Shown here: piece after piece, positions 22,487 through 24,000 of the stretch | How positions within the stretch are numbered: the stretch's first letter is position 1 | Layout: every line of letters starts with the position of its first letter | Assembly (NCBI GenBank): GCA_016791445.1 | Contig: JAEUMP010000012.1 | Span: 14,949-38,948, forward strand | Source: Hyphomonadaceae bacterium | GTDB lineage: Bacteria; Pseudomonadota; Alphaproteobacteria; Caulobacterales; Aquidulcibacteraceae | DNA length: 24,000 bases | Direction of reading: 5' to 3' | Program-made: the position numbers and the translations under genes | Notes under the pieces: generated by a model | Seen by the model: only the letters and a program-made list of their open reading frames with translations | Database searches by the model: none | Told to the model about the DNA's origin: nothing

Positions 22487-24000
22487 AACGCGCGTCGATC
22501 TCGTGGGATTTGATCTTTCGGGGTTTTCGCGCGCGTTCGAACGCCTTGTCGCCGAAAGCGGCGCAGCGGCGGCCGAGCGCATCGCCGACGCGCTCACCAG
22601 CGGCGAGGCGGCCGTTGCGGCGCTTCTTGCCCCGTTCGGGTTCACCTTCGCCGACACAACGGGCGATGGCGGCTTCTTTGTGCGCCCCTCCGCCACATCG
22701 CCCGATCGCGAGGCCCGCAATGAGGGCGACGATCCCCAGGCGGCGATCGCCGACGCCGCACGCGCGCTTGGCGATGCAACCGGACTGCATGTCCGCTCAG
22801 CGCGCGTTCTTGGACACGCTGCGCGCCTTGCCCTTGCGGCGGGCACGCGCGCCCAGACGCATGTGTGGATCGGCGAAGGCGTCGTGGCGCTGCATCGCGC
22901 GCTCGCCCGCGCGCCGCGGGGGCAAGACGGCGAAACACCCTTTCCCATCCTTCGTCGCGACGTGCAGGGCGCATTTCTGGGCGAGAAAGCCGCCACCGGG
23001 GAAATCGCCGATGCAGCGGTCGCCTATTGCCGCCTCTGGTCGCCCGACGCCGCCCTGACGCGCACGAGCGAAGCCCTCATCGACGCGATCCAGCACGTGG
23101 GCGAGGCGGCCCTCCTCACCGACGCGCGCCTCGCCCGGGTATCGCTCGACGACAAGGGTCTTCTGGCGCGGCTTGAATTCGACGGCGCGGACCTTGAGGC
23201 GCGGCGGTTCGCGCGCGCGGCCGCAGAGGAGATTTCAGCCGCGCTCCTCGCACGCGGACACATGCCGGCTTTCGGTCTTGCGGCCGGTCCGGTCTATCGC
23301 GGCCCGCTTGGCTTGGGGGGACGCAACACCCACGGCGCATGCGTCAACCTCGCCGCCAAACGCGCCGCCGCCGCCGCAGACGGCGACATTCTGGCGGACC
23401 CATCCTTTCTTCAGTCAACGCCAGGCGTCGCCCGCACGCGCACGCGCGAGCCGCACGCCGTCGAGCGGTCGGAGCTTCTCCTGACGCGCACGCGGCTCGC
23501 GGAAGGCCAGCGGCTCATCATGCTGGAAGGTGAAGCCGGCATCGGCAAGAGCGAGACGCTGCGCGCGCTCGCCAAAGTCTTTGCGGAAGTGCGTCACCCC
23601 CACGTCCTGCTCGCCTGCCGCCAGGAACGCAGGCTTGCCCCCCTTGACGGCCTCATCTCCATCGCGCGCAAGCGCAGAGCCCTCGTCGGCGCCGAGGGGG
23701 CCCGCGCCGTTGCACATCCCATGTTTCCAGACGCGGTGAAGGACCAGGAAAGCGAGGCCGCTGAGCGCGTTGTCGCGCTCTGCATCGATGAAGATCTCGA
23801 CTTCGACGCCGCGCGCAAGCGTCTTCGCGTGGCGACGCCGCGGCTTGAACCGCTGCGCGCGGCGGTGCTTGAGCGCATTGTCGGCGCAGGCTCCCTGACG
23901 CTTCTCATCGACGATATCGCTTTTCTCGACACCCCTTCGCGCATCGGCCTTGAGCATGTCGCGCGGTCGGACGCGGGCGTCGCTGTGGTCGCGACACGTC
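22479..24000 (+). CDS. Large multidomain protein, 5' partial in this window: class III nucleotidyl-cyclase-homology region followed by a P-loop AAA (AAA_16-like) ATPase
   Basis: This frame-3 reading frame is open from 22416 to the window end and is not in the ORF track because it has no stop. The TTG at 22479 has GGGGAG 7 nt upstream and overlaps the upstream stop; a GTG at 22503 is an alternative. Cyclase-like blocks are VDLVGFDLSGFSRAF, FADTTGDGGFFV and GLAAGPVYRGPLGLGGRNTHGACVNLAAKRAAAAADGDILAD. A Walker A motif follows (IMLEGEAGIGKSETL). Confidence 0.6.
   Translation, partial: MTETRVDLVGFDLSGFSRAFERLVAESGAAAAERIADALTSGEAAVAALLAPFGFTFADTTGDGGFFVRPSATSPDREARNEGDDPQAAIADAARALGDATGLHVRSARVLGHAARLALAAGTRAQTHVWIGEGVVALHRALARAPRGQDGETPFPILRRDVQGAFLGEKAATGEIADAAVAYCRLWSPDAALTRTSEALIDAIQHVGEAALLTDARLARVSLDDKGLLARLEFDGADLEARRFARAAAEEISAALLARGHMPAFGLAAGPVYRGPLGLGGRNTHGACVNLAAKRAAAAADGDILADPSFLQSTPGVARTRTREPHAVERSELLLTRTRLAEGQRLIMLEGEAGIGKSETLRALAKVFAEVRHPHVLLACRQERRLAPLDGLISIARKRRALVGAEGARAVAHPMFPDAVKDQESEAAERVVALCIDEDLDFDAARKRLRVATPRLEPLRAAVLERIVGAGSLTLLIDDIAFLDTPSRIGLEHVARSDAGVAVVATR

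Noticed and set aside
22448-23058. ORFs 22510-23058 (+), 22448-22996 (-) and 22410-22790 (-) listed in the track.
   Set aside because: All overlap the much longer frame-3 ORF (22479 onward), which has cyclase and Walker A motifs and gene-like codon bias. Their translations are Arg/Pro/Ala-rich.
1-24000. I scanned for CRISPR arrays, rRNA or tRNA genes, transposase or integrase genes and long terminal inverted repeats.
   Set aside because: I saw no regularly spaced direct repeats, no rRNA- or tRNA-like cloverleaf segments and no transposase- or integrase-like translations in any frame.

Overview
This is a very GC-rich window with alphaproteobacterium-like gene content and about 20 supportable genes. 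The main result is a complete astexin-type lasso-peptide (RiPP) locus whose precursor gene is missing from the supplied ORF track, because it is 42 aa and the track floor is about 60 aa. On the minus strand the order is GntR regulator (8527-9219), precursor A (8295-8423), fused B1/B2 leader-recognition protease (7570-8202) and Asn-synthetase-like cyclase C (5731-7560). An S9-family lasso isopeptidase candidate (3572-5734) converges on the cyclase gene, and it is translationally coupled to an STN-domain TonB-dependent transducer (387-3578). Immediately upstream on the same strand as A-B-C lie a PhyH-family Fe(II)/2OG dioxygenase (9209-10174), a LuxI acyl-HSL synthase (10237-10866) and a LuxR receptor (10957-11694). 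An 18-bp tra-box-like palindrome sits upstream of luxR. This suggests, as inference only, a quorum-sensing-linked and possibly hydroxylated lasso peptide. The rest of the window holds an MFS transporter plus a DUF3237-like protein, a second TonB-dependent receptor with a promoter/operator-like element and a terminator, and a hipBA toxin-antitoxin pair flanked by long non-coding DNA. It ends with a Crp/Fnr regulator, a 673-aa FAD oxidoreductase, and a large cyclase-homology/AAA-ATPase ORF that runs off the window end and is also absent from the ORF track. Most long ORFs antisense to these genes are high-GC artefacts. I found no rRNA, tRNA, CRISPR array or transposase.
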